A stretch of 64,000 bases of DNA from the human T2T-CHM13v2.0 reference genome, Homo sapiens. Made by a program: the position numbers and the translations under genes. Where the stretch lies: NCBI RefSeq assembly GCF_009914755.1, contig NC_060936.1. The stretch is one strand, 5' to 3'. This document shows positions 44,022 to 57,706 of this stretch, in pieces. The notes beneath the pieces are model-generated. The model was not told where the DNA came from. It searched no databases and saw only the letters and a program-made list of their open reading frames with translations. The stretch's first letter is position 1. Each line of letters begins with the position of its first letter.

Positions 44022-47000
44022 TTCTCCAGAAGTATCTTTGTGGTGTTCTCTGTATTTCCTGAATTTCAATGTTGGCCTGACTTGCTAGGTTGGGGAAGTT
44101 CTCCTGGATAATATCCTGAAGAATATTTTCCAGCTTGGTTTCATTCTCCCCATCACTTTCAGGTACACCAATCAAGCATAGAGAATACCACAAAGATACT
44201 CCTCAAGAAGAGCAACCCCAAAACACGTAATTGTCAGATTCAACAAGGTTGAAATGAAGGAAAAATTGTTAAGGGCAGCCAGAGAGAAAGATCGGGTTAC
44301 CCACAAAGGGAAGCACATCAGACTAACAGCAGATATCTCAGATGAAACCCTACAAGCTAGAAGAAAGTGGGGGTCAATATTCAACATTTTTAAAGAAAAG
44401 AATTTTCAACCCAGAATTGTATATCCAGCCAAGCTAAGCTTCATAAGCAAAGGATAAATAAAATCTTTTACAGACAAGCAAATGCTGAGAGATTTTCCCA
44501 CCACCAGGCCTGCCTTACAAGAGCTCCTGAAGGAAGCACTAAACATGGAAAGGAACAACCAATACCAGCCACTGCAAAAACATACCAAATTGCAAAGATC
44601 ATCGACACAATGAAGAAACTGCATTAACTAATGGGCAAAATGACCAGCTAACATCATAATGGCAGGATCAAATTCACACATAACAATACTAACCTTAAAT
44701 GTAAATGGACTAAATGCCCCCAATTAAAAGACACAGACTGGCAAACTGGATAAAGAGTCAAGACCTATCAGTGTGATGTATTCAGGAGAACGATTTCACG
44801 TGCAAAGAAACACATAAGCTCAAAATAAAGGGAAGGAGGAATATTTGCCAAACAAATGGAAAGCAAAAAGAAAAAGCAGGGGTCAGAATCCTACTCTCTG
44901 ATAAAACAGACTTTAAGCCAACAAAGATCAAAAGAGACAAAGTAGGGCATTACATAATGGTAAAGGGATCAATGCAAAAAGAAGAGCTAACTATCTTAAA
45001 TATATATGCACCCAATAGAGGAGCACCACATTCATAAAGAAAGTTCTTAGAGACCTACAAAGAGACTTAAACTCCCACACAATAATAGTTGGAGACTTTC
45101 ACACCCCACTGTCAATATTAGACAGATAAATGAGACAGAAAATTAAAAAGGATACCCAAGACTTGAATTCAGCTCTGGACGAAGCAGACCTAACAGACAT
45201 CTACAGAATTCTCCATCTCAAATCAACAGAATATACGTTCTTCTCAGCACCACATTGCACTTATTCTAAAATTGACCACATAATTGGAAGTAAAATACTC
45301 CTCAGCAAATGCAAAAGAATGGATATCATAACAGTCTCTCAGACCACAGTGCAATCAAATTAGAACTCAGGATTAAGAAACTCACTCAAAACCACACAAC
45401 TGCATGGAAACAGAACAACCTGCTCCTGAATGACTACTGGGTAAATAACAAAATGAAGGCAGAAATAAAGATGTTCTTTGAAACCAATGAGAACAAAGAC
45501 TGAATGTACCAGAATCTCTGCGACATATTTAAAGCAGTGTGTAGAGGGAAATGTATAGCACTAAATGTCCACAAGAGAAAGCAGGAAAGATCTGAAATCG
45601 ACACCCTAACATCATAATTAAAAGAACTAGAGAAGCAAGAGCAAACAAATTCAAGAGCTAGCAGAAGACAAGAAATAATTAAGATTAGGGCAAAGCTGAA
45701 GGAGATAGAAACACGCAAAACCCTTCAAAAAAATCAATGATCCAGGAGCTGGCTTTTTGAAAAGATCAACAAAATAGATAGACCTCTAGCCAGACTAATA
45801 AAGAATAAAAGAGAGAAGAATCAAATAGACACAATAAAAAATGATAAAGGGGATATCACCACTAATCCCACAGAAATACAAACTACCAACAGAGAATACT
45901 ATATGCAATACCTCTGTGCAAATAAACTAGAATACCTCTATGCAAATACACTAGCAAATCTAGAAGAAATGAATAAGTTCCTGGACACATATGCCCTCCC
46001 AAGACTAAACTAGGAAGAAGTCGAATCCCTGAATAGACCAATCACAAATTCTGAAATTGAGGCAGCAATGAATAGCCTACCAACCAAAAACAGTCCAGAA
46101 CCAGACAGATTCACATCCGAATTCTACCAGAAGTACAAAGAGGAGCTGGTACCATTCCTTCTGAAACTATTCCAAACAATAGAAAAAGAGGGAATCCTCC
46201 CTGACTCATTTTATGAGGCCAGCATCATCCTGATACTAAAACCTAGCAGAGAAACAGTAAAAAAAGAAAATTTTAGGCTAACGTCCCTGATGAACATCGA
46301 TGCAAAAATCCTCAATAAAATACTGGCAAACCAAATCCAGCAGCATATCAAAAATCTTAATCACCATGATTAAATCTGCTTCATCCCTGGGATGCAAGGC
46401 TGCTTCAACATATGCAAATCAAAAAACATAATCCATCACATAAACAGAAACAATGACAAAAACCACATGTTTCTCTCAATAGCTGCAGAAAAGGCCTTGG
46501 ACAAAATTCAACACCCCTTCATGCTAAAACCTCTCAATAAACTATGTATTGATGGAACCTACTTCAAAACAATAACTGCTATTTATGACAAACCCACAGC
46601 AAATGTCATACTGAATGAGCAAAAACTGGAAACATTCGCTTTGAAAAATGGCAGTAGACAAGGATGCCCTCTTTCAACACTCCTTTTCAACATAGCATTG
46701 GAAGTTCTGGCGAGGGCAATCCAGCAAGAGAAAGAAATAAAGGGGATTCAATTAGGAAAAGAGGAAGTCAAATTGTCTCTGTTTGAAGATGACATGATTG
46801 TACTTTTACAAAACCCCATCATCTCAGCCCAAAATCTCCTTAAACTGATAAGAAACTTCAGCATAGTGTCAGGATACACAATCAATGTGCAAATATCACA
46901 AGCATTCCTGTGGACCAATAACAGATAGCCAAATCATGAGTGAACTCCCATTCACAATTGCTACAAAGAGAATAAAATACCTAGGAATACAACTTACAAG

Positions 47001-48713
47001 GGATGTGAAGGACCTCTTCAAGGAGAACTACAAACCACTGCTGAAGAAAATAAGAGAGGACACAAACAAATGGAAAAACATTCTGTGCTCATGGATAGGA
47101 AGAATCAATATCATGACAATGGCCATACTGCCCAAAGTAATTTATAGATTCAATGCTATCCTTATGAGGCTACCATTGACTTTCTTCACAGAATCAGAAA
47201 AAGGTACTTTACCTTTCATATGGAACCAAAAAAGAGCCCACGTAGCCAAGACAATCCTAAGCCAAAAGAACAAAGCTGGAGGCATCATGCTACCTGACTT
47301 CAAACTATACTACAAGGCAACAGTAACCAGAACAGCATGGTACTGGTACCAAAACAGATGTATAGACCCATGGAACAGAACAGAGGCCTCAGAAATAACA
47401 CCACACATCTATAACCATCCTACCTTTGACAAACCTGACAAAAACAAGCAACAGGGAAAGGATTCCCTATTTAATAAATCGTGTTGAGAAAACTGGCTAA
47501 CCATATTCAGAAAGCTGAAACTATATCCCTTCCTTACACCTTATACAAAAATTAACTCAAGATGGATTAAAGACTTAAATGTTAGACCTAAAACCATAAA
47601 AACCCTAGAAGAAAACCTACACAATACCATTCAGGACATAGGCATGGGCAAGGACTTCACGACTAAAACACCAAAAGCAATGGCAACAAAAGCCAAAATT
47701 GACAAATGGGATCTAATTAAACTAAAGAGCTTCTGCACAGCAAAAGAAACTATCATCAAAGTAAACAGGAAACCTACAGAATGGGAGAAAATGTTTGCAA
47801 TCTATCCATCTGACAAAGGGCTAGTATCCAGAATCTACAAAGAACTTAAACAAATTTACAAGAAAAAAAACAACCACATCAAAAAGTTGGCAAAGGATAA
47901 TAACAGACACATCTCAAAAGAAGACATTTATGCAGCCAACAAACGTATGAAAAAATCTCATCATCACTGGTCATCAGAGAAATGCAAATCAAAACCACAA
48001 TGAGATACCATCTCATGCCAGTTAGAATGGTGATCGTTAAAAAGTCAGGAAACAACAGATGCTGGAGAGGATGTGGAGAAATAGGAACGTTTTTACACTG
48101 TTTGCAGGCGTGTAAATTAGTTCAACCACTGTGGAAGACAGTATGGCATTTCCTCAAGGATTTAGAATTAGAAATACCATTTGACCCAGCAATCCCATTA
48201 CTGGGTATAGACTGAAAGGATTATAAATCATTCTATAAAGACACATGCACATGTATGTTTATTGTGGCACTGTTCACAGTAGCAAAGACTTGGAACCAAT
48301 CCAAATGCCCATCAATGATAAACTGGATAAAGAAAATGTGGCACATATATACCCTGGAATACTATGCAGCCATAGAAAAGGATGAGTTCATGTCCTTTGC
48401 AGGGACATGGATGAAGCTGGAAACCATCATTCTCAGCAAACTAACACAAGAACAGAAAACTAAACACCACATATTTTCTCATAAGTGGGAGTTAAACAAT
48501 AAGAACACATGGACACAGGGAGCGGAACATCACACACTGGGGCCTGTTGGGGGTGGAGGGCTACAGGAGGGATAGCTTTAGGAGAAATACCTAATCTAAA
48601 TGACGGGTTGATGGGTGCAGCAAACCAAACCACCATGGCACGTGTATACCTATGTAACAAACCTGCACGTTCTGCATGTGTACCCCAGAACTTAAAGTAT
48701 AATAGTAAAAAAA
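44022..48713 (+). mobile_element. L1PA7-like element, 5'-truncated with a 5' inversion (44022-44179 on -)
   Basis: ORF1 segment LIGVPESDGENETKLENILQDIIQENFPNL on -, followed by + strand ORF1/ORF2 fragments and a 3'UTR ending ccagaacttaaagtataat. Confidence 0.93.
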
Positions 48714-49170
<457 letters not shown>

Positions 49171-49247
49171 CTAGTTAATTAATTTATTTAAAACATTGAG
49201 CCTGAAAACTTTAATTTTATATTATGCAGTCATTAAAATCATTTTTT

Positions 49248-49587
49248 AAAAGTTGATCTTATAGAAGTAGAGAGAACAGTGGCCACCAAAGCTGGGAAAG
49301 TAGAGTGGAGTGGGAAAGAGAAGAGGTTGGTCAATGGGCATAAAGCTGTATCTAGGTAGGAGGAACAAGCTCTGGAGCTCTGCTGCACAGCGTGGAGAAC
49401 ATAGTCAAAGACAGTGCACCATACCCTTCAGAGTAGCCAGAAAAGAGGACCCTGAGTGGTCTTAGCACAAAGAAAGGATAAGGTAATGGACATGAGGCAA
49501 TGGACATGCCAGTCACCCCAATCTGGTCACCATACAATGTATACATGGATTGAAATGCCACATGGCACTCCATGAGCATGCACAATT
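49248..49587 (+). mobile_element. L1MA-type 3' end, left arm of an inverted pair, hypermutated
   Basis: aaagttgatcttatagaagtagagag...ggaggaacaagctct...cacaaagaaa...catgcacaatt. Confidence 0.8.
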
Positions 49588-49594
49588 TTTTGCT

Positions 49595-50105
49595 TGTATT
49601 TTTAATTGATAGATAATAATTGTACATATTTATGGAGCACAGCCTGATAATACATACAACATGCAATGACCAACTCTAGGCAACCAGCACATTCATCACC
49701 CTAAACCCCTATCACCTCCCCATGTTGGGAATACCCAAAATCTGTTCCCCCATCCTCTGGAAAATACATGGTAAAATGTCATTAAGTATAGTCAACCCAC
49801 AGTGCCATAGAACACAAGAACCCATTCCTCCCATCCAGCTGCAACACTGCATCTACCAGCCACCCTCTGACCACCTCTCTTTCCCCTTTACCACCTCTCC
49901 TTCCTACCTACCCATCCCATCCTCTAGTAACCACTATTCTACTCTCTACTTCTATGAGATGAACCCCTTTAGCTTTCATATATGAGTGAGAACATGTGGT
50001 ATTTGTCTTTCTATGCCTGGCGTATTTCACCTCCAAGCTCATCCATGTTGCCTCAAATGACAGAATTTCATTCTTTTTTGTGGCTGAATACTATTCCATT
50101 ACCTA
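49595..50105 (-). mobile_element. L1MA-type 3' end, right arm of the inverted pair
   Basis: tttttaattgatagataataattgtacatatttatgg...ctctctacttctatgagat...atgagtgagaacatg...ggctgaatactattccatt. Confidence 0.88.
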
Positions 50106-50419
50106 TATCTTTTGAATTTAGAAGGTAATGTTAGAAATATTTTGGTTACTTTGTTAGAGGAGTCAGTGAAATTCAATAACTAAATCAATTCAAAAAATAT
50201 TTACTAAGCTATAACTATGTGCTTATCATTAGCACAGAAGTAGGGAAATATACTTCTTACTATTTCAATGAGTGAAAATAAATGTATATTCCATTTAGTA
50301 AAATAGCAATGTTGAGCAACATACCATTACTATTCATATGAGTGATATAGAAAATAAGGACCATAAAGGAATGATTATCAGTCTGGAGTGAAATCATTAG
50401 GAAAGATTCCCCTCGACAG

Positions 50420-50670
50420 AGCAACATTTAAGTATTTTTAAGCATGTGAATTTTAAAGTCCTAAAGACCTGGGTCCATACCAATACCCACCATCTGTTTT
50501 CTTTGTGACTTTGTGACAGTTACCTCGTATCTCAAACCTCAGTTTCCTCACCCATCAAAGAAAAATGATAGTCACTTTTTGAGTAATGGTGAAGATTCAA
50601 ATGAGACAATTATTGCAGAGCACCCAATACAGGGTCAGTCTCATTCTAACTTATCTAACTCATTAATGAT
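50420..50670 (+). mobile_element. MIR
   Basis: Core agacctgggt...ctttgtgactttg...cctcagtttcctcaccc. Confidence 0.7.
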
Positions 50671-51736
50671 GTTGTCATAAGAGTCAAAGTAGTAATCGTT
50701 GGTGTAGTCACAATCTTAGTTGTAGTACGAGTCATGATACTCATAACAGTAATTGCCTGAGTTGTGGTACAGTATCAACAAAGAGTAGAGGAGAGAATAC
50801 TCTAATGGTGGCAACAGGATGAACAGAGATTAGGAAACAATTACAAGTGTTTTATTTTTAGATCAATGAGATTACCTAGTTAAAGTGTTTAAATGATTGG
50901 AGAGTAGTGGGAAATAAAACTGTATAAGTAATTAAGGATAAATTGCAAATTATTAAGGCCCATAATTTTTTTCTTTGTTGGGATGAGAGTGAGTGAGTAA
51001 TCACCCATTACCCTTAACAATTTTTGGTTGACATTGTGATGCACATACCTGGCTGGATACGATAGAGAGTCGGATATTATCTTGAACTGAATAAAAAGAA
51101 TAGAGTATTGTGGTGTATTTTTTGTTCTCTATCATTAAGTAGTCAAAAGAATAAGAAATAACCCAAAGTAATTTAGGCTTAGTATGCAGGGATACTCTCA
51201 ACCCTTTGGAAGGGCCTTGGCAAGTATTTCCTATTATTATTCATGATATCTCCAAATCTCCTTTGGTTCAAAAAGGTTTCTGAGGGGGAAAATAATCTGT
51301 AAAAAAGCAAGGTTCACAGGGAGCTGAAAGTGTCTAGCCTAGTTAACAAGTAACTTTATGCAAAATAACTTTCACAGTAATAAGGAGCTTTCAAATGCAG
51401 CCAGCAGTGGTTTGGTTGCCATGCTACCAAAAGTAAGCTCCAGTGTGTTTTCAGTTATTTTTGCTTTGGAAGTATTTTGTGCCATGTGTGCTCCAAGGAA
51501 GAACCAGGCAGTCAAGCCTGGGCTGGGTTGTTTAGTCCTCTGGGAAAAGAAGAAATGAGCAGATCACTGCCCAGGGGAACAGGGCTCATTAGCAGACAAA
51601 GTTGACAGGTGTTTGCTCTCTGAAAAGAGCAGTAGCTGTAGAAAAACTCAGCCGTGGTGGTTTTCTATAACATAAAAGCTGTTAGTGCAAGGAAGAGTGG
51701 GGGGAGACAGAGCAGGCTGAGAAGGCAGCATACAAA

Positions 51737-51847
51737 TAGGATATCCAAATATGCCTATTTGTGTGGGACTAAATGTTTCTAGGCACGTGGGACTTTCAGT
51801 TTTAAAACAGGGACAGTCCTGGACAAATTGGGATAGTGGTCATCCTA
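51737..51847. mobile_element. MER81-like hAT-Blackjack miniature element
   Basis: TAGG...CCTA termini; gggactttcagttttaaaacagggacagtcctggacaaa core. Confidence 0.8.
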
Positions 51848-53076
51848 AGAACAAACTCAGCCTATTTTCTGTGCAGACTAAAAGGCCATATACAACTCTT
51901 TACTAGACACAAAAGTACCAGCAGAGTACAGACACAATGCACCAACCTTGTGCTTAAACCACAAGCCATCAATGTGTAAAATCATAAATGGTCCATCCAA
52001 AGTCCCCAGTTGCTTCCTGCAAGTGAATAGAAAGATATTTATTATTTAACAAATATAAATACTGATGAGTAGTAATGAAGGTGAGACAATATTCAAGAAC
52101 ATAACAATGTTTGGTCTTAGAACGTTCTTGATCTTAACAAAATTGCCCTCAATCACTGCTTCCCAAGTTACTGAGAGTGACTCAGTTTTCCTTTTTTCCT
52201 TTCTCAACAGGAAAGCTACCCCTCCTTCAGCAGGACTATGAAAGCAGTACTTTATTTGCTAAACTAGGAAGCTGCCCTACAGCTGTCACCTTCAGAACCA
52301 GCCACTTCTGCCATGTTCTATACCTTCAAAGTGGCTATTTCCAAATTGCTTCTCTTTTCATAGAACAAATTCCTGACTCAAAGTTTTGCTTGAGATCATC
52401 TAGTTGGTGAAACTTCAGTCATATATGAAACCCTAACTGCAAGGTAGTCTAAGAAATGTGTGAGCTTCTGCATGCTCTTTGGTGTTGGAAGGCATTTCAG
52501 TTGAGCCAATCCGCAGCTTGCACCAATGCCTTTACTTCGGTTTTCCATAGTTACACAAATAGTCAAAAACATGCATTGTAATTTGAGTAGATCCATTTTG
52601 AGATAATGGAATCCTCAGGTCATTTTATTTAAATAAGAGAGGTTCTTATCCTAAGCATATTCTAAAATAATTCTTTTGCTTGGTGCTAGTGTGTTTTCAT
52701 GAGTTGCGAGGGGCAGAAGCAGCTAAAATTCTCCATGATATATTACGTTTTTGGTGACTTCAGTGATCATCTTCCCCCTCTCTATTTGGTTGAACTTTGA
52801 ATACGTCAAATCCAAATTTAGGTAGAGGTCAGGCCTTCTGGAAAACAATAACACATTCCTAGTAACCATAGACATTTGCTACTGGTAAGCAAAAACTCAA
52901 GAAAAGAAAACACAATTGTCTGTGGTTAAGTGGAAAGTTTTCACATTGTCCAAAGAGCTTTTCAATTCTTTGACTAGGCAATTGCCTTGTTAGAGACATC
53001 GCTCTAAAGAAAGAACAGAATGATTTCTTTTTTTTTCTGAGAAAATGAAGACCATCATGGTGATGGAGAAAAGTGA

Positions 53077-53077
53077 A

Positions 53078-53124
<47 letters not shown>
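53077..53124. repeat. (TA)n microsatellite
   Basis: Direct reading. Confidence 0.95.
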
Positions 53125-54939
53125 AATAAATGTATATATTTAAGTTGATTGACAGTTTTCATTTTGAGCAGGAACATGCATTTGAATGACATCCTAAATC
53201 ATCGTTAAACTTGACAATGAATAGGATTAATTAAGGATCTCCACTCAAAAAACACAGGAACTCAAAAAAAATTTTTTTAAGTTATGCATATCTTCCAGGT
53301 AATGAATTTCGATGTAATGTATTATCAATTTAATTATGTACTCATGCATTTTTTTCTTTAAATTCAAAGGAGTTCAGCATTTAGGAATAATGATTCTACA
53401 ATGCATTGGCTCTTGACTGCATGTAAATGATATATGATTGTTCCATAAGACCCTCATACCAGGTGCAAATGACAGACACAACAGGCATGATGACAGACAG
53501 AGGGTTCTTATAAATAGCAACACAAGGGTTAATGTATTAAGGGTTTCAGCATCCACAGCTGTTTCCCTTCAGCTGATATGACTGAGCTGCTTTGTTAATA
53601 GACCTTATAATACCATCTCTGATTATGTTACTTTGTTTCTCTACTGCATTTTTTAGAATCAGGTTGATCTAGCTAGCAAGGAAAAAGGGCTGTAAAAGAC
53701 TCTGATGAAACCTAGAAAGATGTCAGATTCAATGGCGTTTGCTAGGTGTTGTGCTTTTCACTTATGGTTGCTTTAATCTAAATGATTCTGCCAGATGAAT
53801 ACAAAGTTCCCCAAGTGTTACTTTTACTGTGGAGTGAATGAATTTTTATTTCAGACCTGCAAAACATATGCTTCAATTGAATTTTTCAGTGGCACAGTCT
53901 TTGTTCAGGGATTTGAGCCAGATCATTTTCATCAGACTGATTGTACTTATGACAGATTATTTGACTCTATTCATGTTCCACTATTTGATACCATGCATGC
54001 TGATGTGATCTCTAGGTGGGCAATTCTATGGCCATAGAAACCTGGGTCAACAGTCTAACAATAGCATACTTCTCTCTGGGTGCCCAGCTGAAGTGTGTTG
54101 ATTCACCACCACCAGCTGGTAGAAGCTCTTTACATACCTAGGAAAGCACTCTTGTATTCACAATGGCATAAAATACAGAATCAGCTTCAAAATTTAAACG
54201 CTGCATTTATTGTCAGCTAGTTAATAGAAAAAAAGCCTAATATATCACAAGTTGACTAAAGTAAATTATAATACGACCTACTAGATGCTGATGATTCAAT
54301 GACATTTCCCATTAACTGGTGATGAGCTCTTTCTTACTAGTTTTATCAAGGTAATATAATGAGGAGGATGAATTCCTCTGAGATAAGGCTTTGTGAAGCT
54401 AAGCAAAAAAAAAAAAAACTACCTTCTGAAATCTTATGAGCACATTTATTATTCTTTCCTCAATCAATTATATGTTTCAATTAATGAAAACACCCAAAAA
54501 TATTGTGCTAGAGTTTATGATGTAGGATTCATTTCAATAATCTGAATTCCAATAAAAATTAAAATTTGAGCTCAGGAATTTTGAAATATTAAGAAACTAT
54601 ATGTTCAGTGGTACCTGTGGGATGGCTGATGAATTGAAGATCTGTGAGGATATCTGTTTCCAATTATAGAATCTTAGTGGCTGGAATTATGCCAATTGAA
54701 ACTAAGTTTAAATAGTTACTTTGCATCACATCAAAATATGCATTTAGTATTTTTAGGAGTTATGAGGAAATTTGAACTTCTGCTTTACACTAAACTCAAA
54801 AAGAATTAATCTAAGATAATAATTTCAGTTTTACAAAACCATTTGACACACTGTAGTCAGTTCATTTCTAATAGTTAGCTTCTTTATCTGCAAATCTCTT
54901 CATGATCAGTAGAGTCCCAACCTACACTAAGATTTTTTT

Positions 54940-55800
54940 TACTAACTTCAACCTGTCAAAACCAGAACTCATTATCTTCCTCTCTAAAGAGCATTCATAC
55001 CCTGAATTCCCTAGCCTAGTGAAAGCTGTCCAAGTCAGAAACCAGAATGTTATCTCTGATATCTCCCTTGGATTCCTCTGCCACCTACAATCTATCACAA
55101 AGTCCTATCCATTCTACTTCTTAAAGTTACCTTTTTAGTCTACACATTTCTCTTGAAACCAATGCCTCCACTCTAGTTCACCATTATGTGCTGCTGAATT
55201 TGGGTCACAGCCACTTCATGTATTTCCTTGCTTCTATTATTTATTTTATCCACTTGATTTTCCATACAGCAACCAAAGGAACTTTTGCAAAATTCAGATC
55301 TGCTACTGTTCTATTTAAATCCCTTCACCAATTTCCTATTTTTATCAGGACAGGGTCTGAAGTCATTGTAAAACGAAAGACCTCCACCCTAAGCTTCTAT
55401 CTTTCCTTTTCTGACATGTACTGTGAATGTAAACTTTGGCCTCCAGATTTTTGTCTAAACAATTCCATCTACACAGAACAGTCTTCTCCTCCCCTAGCAT
55501 AACTTCCACTGGTTCTTCAGGGCTTTCAGGTATTTGGTTTATTATTTTTCTAAGAATTCATTTGTAACTCTTCCTCAAGCCCCAAGTCTAGGTCATAATG
55601 TGTCCTTCAATTGTATATCCACAGTTCTCTGTACACTTATCACTCTGTATAGTAATTACCTGTTTATCTGTCTCTCTTTGTCTATTTGATATAATCTCTC
55701 CAAGGAGAAAAACTTTATCTCCTTCTCTGTATAGCTCCAGGGCCTAAACGTATCTCATACATAATAGATGTTTAATCAACATTTTTGCAATGAATGAATG
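54940..55800 (+). mobile_element. L2 3' portion
   Basis: aaaccagaactcattatcttcc, caatctatcacaaagtcctatccattctac, and an (atga)n 3' terminus. Confidence 0.78.
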
Positions 55801-56104
55801 GTGTGAAAATTGAATTGAAGCAATTTGCAGTATCTGATAATCTAAACTTCTTTAAAAGGCACTGTTTACACATAAAACAGCAGAGCAATATAGATCCTTT
55901 GTACGAAGGATCTAGGAATAAATGGTGTCTACCTCTAAAAGTTTCCAATCTAAAGTGAGATTGATTGCTAGGCATCCAAAATTTCATATGTGATGACAAT
56001 GACATCTATGAAAGAAAGATATATAAAATGAAGTTAAATATATCTAACCAACAGGTAGCATGAAGCTCAGAAGGAGACCAATAAGAACGTTATTAGATAA
56101 TAAC

Positions 56105-56290
56105 ATCAGGGCAATCTGAGTTCATTTCTGGGGCTCTGTAATTTACTAGGCATGTGACCTTAAGCAAATTATTTAATCTCTCTTCTCGTAAAACTATAAT
56201 GGTTCCTACTTCATGGGTTATAGTTAGAATTAGCATCAATAATATGTATGCAGTATTCTCAATGTCTATCAAAATTCTCAATAAGTGGTA
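56105..56290 (+). mobile_element. MIR
   Basis: catgtgaccttaagcaaattatttaatctctc core. Confidence 0.7.
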
Positions 56291-56388
56291 TTTACATTAT
56301 ATCACTCTAATTCTAGCACCTAGCACATAATAGGTGTCCATTAAACCTTTGAATAAATGTTTAAGAAGAATGATTAAGACAAAGTGTT

Positions 56389-56665
56389 GGCCAGGTGTGG
56401 TGGCTCACGCCTGTAATCCCAGCTCTTTGGGAGGCTGAGGCTGGTGGATGACCTGAGGTCAGGAGTTAGAGACCAGCCTGACCAACATGGAGAAACCCCA
56501 TCTCCACTAAAAATACAAAATTAGCCAGGCATGGTGGTGTATGCTTGTAATCCCAGCTACTCAGGAGGCTGAGGCAGGAGAATCGCTTGAACCTAGGAGG
56601 CAAAGGTTGTGGTGAGCTGAGATTGCGTGCTCCACCCTGGGCAACAAGAGCAAAATTCCATCTCA
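56389..56665 (+). mobile_element. AluSp-like, tail replaced by a (TA/TG)n array at 56668-56778
   Basis: gaccaacatggagaaacccc; no A-tail. Confidence 0.9.
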
Positions 56666-57345
56666 GAATATATGTGTATATATATATGTATGTGTATATA
56701 TATATGTGTATATATATATATGTGTGTGTATATATATATGTGTGTGTATATATATATGTGTATATATATATATATATAGCCTTGCACAGAATGATAAAGT
56801 TGGTGTAACATGACAAGATGGCGAGCAATCACTTAATAATGTCCTTTACAGAGAGACGAGCCTCTATTCTGGGCAATGTCTTCTGACGACTGAGAGTAAA
56901 GCATTTTTTCAGATATCCACATAAAATTACAAAAGTTATAAATATGTTTACCATTAATATCAATTAGCATATTTGAAATTCTCATTTTAAAACATTTTCC
57001 AACAATTTTTCATAATTCAAAAGTGTGAAAATCAGAGGAAATTTTAAACACAATAGACTGGCTAAATAATTCTGGAGTTGAAGGAAAGGAATACACCCGA
57101 AAGTCTAACCATGTAATACAGAAACTTCTCATAAAAGAAATATACTCCTTTCTTAAAATATACTCAGCAAACTCTCTGTACTTCCATTCAGTCCCAGACA
57201 TTGCATGGGTATTAAGAACATAAAAAGGTACACTAAACTTTCTTCTTTGCAGCAACTAACAATTACTTGTCAGAGATGGACAGATATGCTGAGAAGCAAT
57301 GTAATGGTAATGAATTCCATGATGTAATTTTATACAGGTGAGCTG

Positions 57346-57706
57346 TGCTATAATTGAAGTTTGTGTCCCTTGAAAATTCATATGTTGAAACATAATCCTC
57401 AATCTGTTGGTATTAAAAGGTGGAGCCATTAGCAGGTGATAAATTATGAGGGCTCTCATTAATAGGATTAGTGCCCTTATAAAAGAGGCTTAAGAGAGCT
57501 TGTTCATCCCTTCAGTCATGTGGGGACACATAGAGGGTACCATCTTTGAGGAATGGGGTGTCACCAGATGTCAAATCCACACAGTTGCATTGAGGCATTG
57601 ATCTTGAACTTCCTAACCACTAAAACTGTAAGAAATAAATTTCTGTTATTTGTAAGCCACCCAACTTACGGCATTTTCGTTATAGCAGCCCAAACAGATG
57701 AAGACA
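57346..57706 (+). mobile_element. MaLR solo LTR (MLT1A/MST-like) inside an L2 relic
   Basis: TG...CA termini, perfect TSD AGCTG, aataaatttctgtt poly(A) region. Confidence 0.9.

Noticed and set aside
50670-50780. Thr-rich, mucin-like reading on - (TTTQAITVMSIMTRTTTKIVTTPTITT)
   Set aside because: It directly follows a MIR 3' end and fits a decayed trinucleotide repeat; no splice context seen.
53795-54037. 80-aa ORF MNTKFPKCYFYCG...
   Set aside because: No recognisable family or supporting exon structure; the length is expected by chance.
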